Source: Eledone cirrhosa (Eukaryota). Taken from it: a DNA stretch of 64,000 bases. Every line of letters begins with the position of its first letter. The stretch's first letter is position 1. Shown here in pieces: positions 58,172 to 64,000 of this stretch. The notes beneath the pieces were generated by a model. The model had not been told where the DNA came from. It did no database searches and saw only the letters and a program-made list of their open reading frames with translations. The position numbers and the translations under genes are program-made. Location of the stretch: contig OZ024742.1 in assembly GCA_964016885.1 (NCBI GenBank), forward strand, positions 305,784,001 through 305,848,000, given 5' to 3'.

Positions 58172-61100
58172 GTGTGTGTGTGTGTGTGTGTGTGTGTAGT
58201 CTGTTCGTTTGTAATGATGGTAGTGGGTAGGTAGTGGTTTTGGGGCGGCTGGAAGGACAATTGCCAGTAGTCGTGATGGTGGTTATGGGTGTGGTAAAAG
58301 TGGCTTTACTATTAGTGGTGATTGTCGTACTAGTGGTGTTGTTTATTACGGCGATTTGCTAGTGTTGATTGTGGTGATAGTAGTAGTAGTGGTGGGGCTG
58401 ATGGCAGTAGGTTTTGCACTGTTGACTAAAGAAGCTATTGTGTGTAGAAATGAAGTGATTGTGTAGATATGGCTATTGAAGAAGAAAGCTAATAGGTAGG
58501 ACGCGTGTTCAAACGTATCCAATGCGTGTATATTTCCTATTTGAGCAGTACACTCAATTCAGCTTGTCAAATTCTAATATGGCAACCAGATGTATATACG
58601 TAATTGATCTGGAAATTTTAACTTGAGATCGATACGTATTTTATTCTGTCTAGTGTGGAAGTAATACCTCATCTATGTAGTATTATCATGAAACACTGGC
58701 GACATAGGTACCTCTACTTAATATTCGTTTCTGGCTAATTGCTGACTATTTCTTACTGGGTCTCTATGCAGTTGTGTTGGTGATATACGGAGGAATATTC
58801 AGAATCAAAAACTAATATAGAACGAGGTTGTATAGAAATATATAGAAATATATATAATACAATGCACAAATTGTATTAAGTTCCTCTACTGGCTTCGTGG
58901 ATACGAGCTCGGAATGGAAACAGACAATAGCCAGACTTTGATTTGATAGATATGTAGACTAAATTATACCTTTCAGAAATGCAGCGAGCCTTTATATTCG
59001 TGGCCCGTAACCTGTAATACAGGAACCCTGGGGATACCTGCACTTGATGAGTAGACTGGCTGTTCGAAAACCTGGGGTCCCTGCACAACTTTTATATAAA
59101 CAATTTCATTAGTTGTAAAAATGTTGTGAATATGCTCAATAATGTATGAATTACTTAGTCCTCTATAAATAGAAACCAAATTATTTCCATCTTAGAAATG
59201 AATATTATAGACGTAGGAGCAATATATCTGAACAAAGATGCGATGGTCACGACTGGAAACGTTTGATATAAGACCTGATTACTCATGGGATCAGCGGGAA
59301 CTGAATAACAGCTTTGAATTTATCGTACATGGGCATGTAGTTTAATATTTTATGGAACATGAGCAAGTTGTTAAATAATTTATAGAACATGAGTAGGCAG
59401 TTAGGAATTTATGGTGCATAAGAAATTAGTTAAATAATTTATGGCACATGGGCAGGTAGTTAAATAATATTTATAACCATAATCATGTGCTCAAATGTGA
59501 TTGAAGCTATTAATACATACAAACAACATGCCATTACGTAATTCATTTGAGTAATTGATAGTCTTGTTTATATTTCAACAGCTATCTTAAGGCAGTTTTG
59601 AAAGTAAGTGTGGTCGATACTTGATGTGTCTTACAAAACATGAAACTTGTCGATTCGATTCTCAATTCAAACTGTCGAAAGCTTTGTCATTTATACATGA
59701 GATTACATTTCACAGCGCGGCTTATATGCGTTAAATTAATATATGTATAGTCATTGTACTCTATCATTTTTCTTCGTTGTTTGTCCGTTTATTTTCCGCA
59801 TATATATAAATATATATGTTTATTAAGTAAATATGAATAAAACTCGGTATGATGTTTTTATTGACTTAAATCACTTTGGATATAAATGTGCGCCTATTGT
59901 TTTATATGTACTTCCTTATATTTACTATGTAATTAACGAATAGCATATTTTGATTAAGGAGATGTAACCACACAGTCAGACAAATATACATACACTTACA
60001 TGGCAGTATACATACTTATACAGACATGTATTAGTGACACGATTCAATAATTGTTTAGGCACACGGCCTGCAATTACTCCAGTGCATTACTGGTCCTTAA
60101 TGTTCATTTGTTTTGTCAACATAAATCTCGTCTTGCATCTTATATTAATTTCATTTTAATCACTACGATGTACACTGCGACGTTTACAAATATACTTACC
60201 TGATCCCATAAATACATGCAGTCATACTTTCATAACATGTAGGCGCAGAGCACAAAAATACCAAATCTAATCTTGCATATGTTCACACATACATATACGT
60301 AATGGCACAAAATCTAATATATGTGTCTCTTCCATAAACAACCTGCTCATGAAATCAATCTGTAAGTGGCTGAGCATTTCACAACCACGTGTTCCCTTAA
60401 TATAATTCTGAGAAAGGTTCAGTGAGACAAAAATGCGAAAAGGCTGGCCCTTGGGTTACAGGTACAGTTCACTCGATGGGCTTCCAAACAGTTTGTGTCT
60501 ATGGGAAATCAACTTCCAACAGTTCGATCTGTGGCTATGGGAAATAAACGTTTCCCAAATGCCATACAGTGTGATCGAATCCTGGACTTAATGATTGCGA
60601 GGTGAACGCCTTAACATTTCATCTATGCCACATATACACAAACACAAAATACAAAGGATTTCTTGAAACATATGTTCCCTGATCATTTGCAACAGAAAAA
60701 GGATTTCGGTTCGTAAACTTTCCTCTACACTAAGATGCTAGCTATACATTAGTTATCATTTAATCTTTATAACTTTCTTTTGTATCTTATGCCTTCCCAA
60801 AACTAGAACAACACTAGTATGTACATGATGCATATAGCTGTACATATGCATTTACTTAATTATAAATTCAGTAAAAGAAACAGCTAAAAAGAACGATAGG
60901 TTTATAGACAGACAACTACAAAGATACACTGGGAAAAGGTATAGGGATATAGAATACGAGACGAAGAAGTTTTCAATGGAAAGAGAAGAGCAAAGCATCG
61001 GGTGAAAAACTCGAAATTGCATCATGTTTTTACTTTTATTTCAGGTCTATTTAATTGTAGAAATGGATGGGGGATTTTTATGTGAGTGTGTCTTATTTTT

Positions 61101-63089
61101 ATCATAAAGTCTGTAAGGAAGCGAATAACGTTTTGAAAATGGGGGCTTCTTCAAATACGAGTGCAGTAAAGTGTGTGTGTGGGGGGGGGGATGGAGTGGA
61201 TGTAGTAAGTTGGATAGGGACGGTGTAGCGTTGTTCCTTTTATTTATTTCTGTTTGTTTTTTTCCCCCTAGAAATCAACCATTAGCACTCATTTAATTAA
61301 ATGTTTCCTTAGCGTCAGTAGCTGCTACAACAGCAAGAAGAACATTAACCATAACAACAACAGTATCAGCAACAGCTATAATATCAGCAGTTAATACACC
61401 TACTACTACTACAACTATAACAGCACCCAAATCACAGGTATATCAAAAGCATCTAAAACAAAAATAACTGCTATAACAACTACAGTAGCAATGATTACAA
61501 TAACAACTCCAATAACGTCTATAACAACGACAACAACAATAATTATAGCAGATATAATAACTGTTTCTATTTTTGGCACAAGGCCAGCAATTATTTCAGT
61601 GTATTACTGGTACTTCATTTTATCGACCCCGTAGGAATGAAAGTTAACCTTGGCGGGATTCGAACTCAGCATAACGGCTGTAATAACAACAATTACAACA
61701 AAAAGAACGTCTCTAACAACTATAAAAACAACTATAACGACACGAACAACGACGACTATAACAACAACAATTATAACGACTTCAACAACTATAATAACAA
61801 AAAATGACGAATAAGACAACTATAGTAACAACGACTCTAACCCTTGTAACAACAACAATAATTAAAACAACTACAATGACTTTAACAACAACAACAACCA
61901 CAGCCACAATAAAAATGTTGCTATGAAATATATAAAAAGATACAAAAAATATCAAAATAAATATTTAAACATGGAGCAACACAAATTAACAATTAAATAA
62001 CGAATAACAATATTGATAACGATGTCTATATCTACCCCGAGGTACCGGATCAGCACAGTACAAACACAAAATACAAAAACAAACAAGAAAGGTGTCGGTT
62101 ATTTATGAAAGAAAAAGGTCCCTTAACTTTTGGCAGCGTCCAGGGGCGCGAACATAACACATTGTGTGTTTTGGACACATTAAACCTCGTGAAGCTCATC
62201 CCTCTCTAGGTCGGAACATACTTAATTTCGCATAGAGAAAGAGCTGATAACGTGCAAATTTGTCCTCGATAAGATTTGAACTCAGAGCGAAGTGACCCGG
62301 AATAAATACTGAGGGATTTTAATTGGATACCCTAAAAATTATGTTGCTCCGCAGATTTTGAGGAGGTGTTTACATCTCGTATATGTGTGAGATCAATAAA
62401 AACAAAACGATTAATAAAATGCAATAAGATCATAGAACAAAAAACCAAGAAATGAGAAGCACCCATTTCCAGTGTTTCGGAGTATTTCATACAGACTCTG
62501 ATACGCAGCAAGGCTGAATGAATATGAGGTTTGTATCGAAATCATTACGTACCAGGTTCTATTCCATTGTATTAGATACATTAAGGATATAATCTAAGAA
62601 AAATTATAATAACAGTAATATAAAGAGCGTACTGAGTAATGATAGCAAGTAGCAGTAATAGCAACAATAATTATAACAAAAATATCACAGTAGATCTCTT
62701 TAGTAAATGATAGCAGAATGGAAGCATATCGTTTGCAATAATATACAGACACAAGACACAGAGTGTGATGAGGTGCATTGGCAGATCCATTAGAAGGACG
62801 GATGGAATGTTTTCCGGTATTCGTTCCGGCTCTCTGCTCTCCGACATAAAATCCCGTCGAGGTTTTTGCCTTTCGATCTTTCGAAGTCAATGAAAAAAGT
62901 TCACGTCCAGTACTGGGATCAATTTCTCCTCTATAACTCTTTATTTCTCCATTACTCTGGCCATTCCTTTCTCTGGAGGAAATCAGCAGTATTCAGACAT
63001 AGGTTTCTTCACAAGGATTAAAATGCCCAAGAAACGTCGAATGCCACTATCAGAAGTTAGGAGCCATGTATATATATACATAGTGTAAT

Positions 63090-63288
63090 AACATTTCTGA
63101 TTTAGGTCAAGGCCAAGATTTTGGGGGAAATCAATGAAATCGACCCTAGTGCGTTACTTGTACTTTATTTTATCGACCCTGTAAGAATGAATGGGCAAGC
63201 TTACCTCGGCCGAATTGGAAATCAGCCCGTAAAGGGACGTAACTTTTTGCGGCACAGCATCTTGTCCAACGCCCTACCGATACTGCCA
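63090..63288 (-). mobile_element. Same SINE family
   Basis: Reverse-complement match, ending ccctaccgatactgcc. Confidence 0.7.
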
Positions 63289-63941
63289 ATCCACTGCTCT
63301 TTGCATAGACTAATAATAAGAGCATTAATAACATATATCAGATAAAACATTTAAGGTGATACCAGCATCAGAAATGATATAATTATGAAGGCAGAGAATA
63401 ATCTTATCAACTAGGAGCAGCAGCAGCTACAACAATAACAACAACAATATAACAGTGTGTATATTAAAAAGTAATACCATAAAACGAAAACTGAGAAACA
63501 AGAACAACAACAAATAAAGGGTTCTCATTAAAAGAAAAAAAAAAAAAAGAAACAATACCAACAATAGTTGCCAGAATCCAACGAAATAAACTCGTGAAAG
63601 GAAAACAACAAATAAAATAAACAAAAATAAATAACTCAAATGGCGTCAAGTAATGCATTAAGGAAAGAAAGATTTCTTTTCTTTTTCGATTTCTTTTCCC
63701 GGGCAAAATACATGCTGGGCACTCGACACCCTTCCGTGACTGTTAATTACAAAATGGAGACGAAAAGAAAACGGGAATATATATATATATATAAACACAC
63801 ACACACACATATATATATATGCATATTTATATGAATATATATATATATGGGGAGGGGGGCATGTATGTGTATGTGTGTGTGTGTGTAATAAGAAAAGAAA
63901 GACAAGCGGTATCACATATTCAACATCAGTTTATTCCATTA

Positions 63942-64000
<59 letters not shown>

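Noticed and set aside
59030-59090. Hammerhead-like TTGATGA...CGAAA...GTC
   Set aside because: The flanks are direct repeats (cctgcac) rather than complementary, and stems II and III are poor.

Overview
AT-rich, microsatellite-dense animal DNA. The SINE/LINE repertoire and repeat load suggest an octopus or other coleoid cephalopod (inference). Most of the window looks like intron or intergenic space. Only one host coding exon is well supported (8265-8766, Gly/Asn/Pro/His-rich, transcription-factor-like), and nearly all listed ORFs are microsatellite read-throughs. Mobile elements include tRNA-derived SINEs, an L1/Tx1-type LINE, RTE-type fragments with C2H2 zinc fingers, a Vingi/Ingi-like fragment, MITEs, a probable Helitron and two clear Penelope-like elements (PLEs) with GIY-YIG domains. 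The most striking signal is about a dozen minimal type I hammerhead ribozyme (HHR) motifs from several unrelated families, seven of them in 27-34 kb. Most have a self-complementary stem III. They sit in short elements embedded in (TA)n tracts, and many of these form asymmetric fold-back palindromes. One 7-copy family keeps only the 3' half of a hammerhead, mirrored, with subfamily variants shared by both arms. All coordinates and folds were read by eye; no searches were run.
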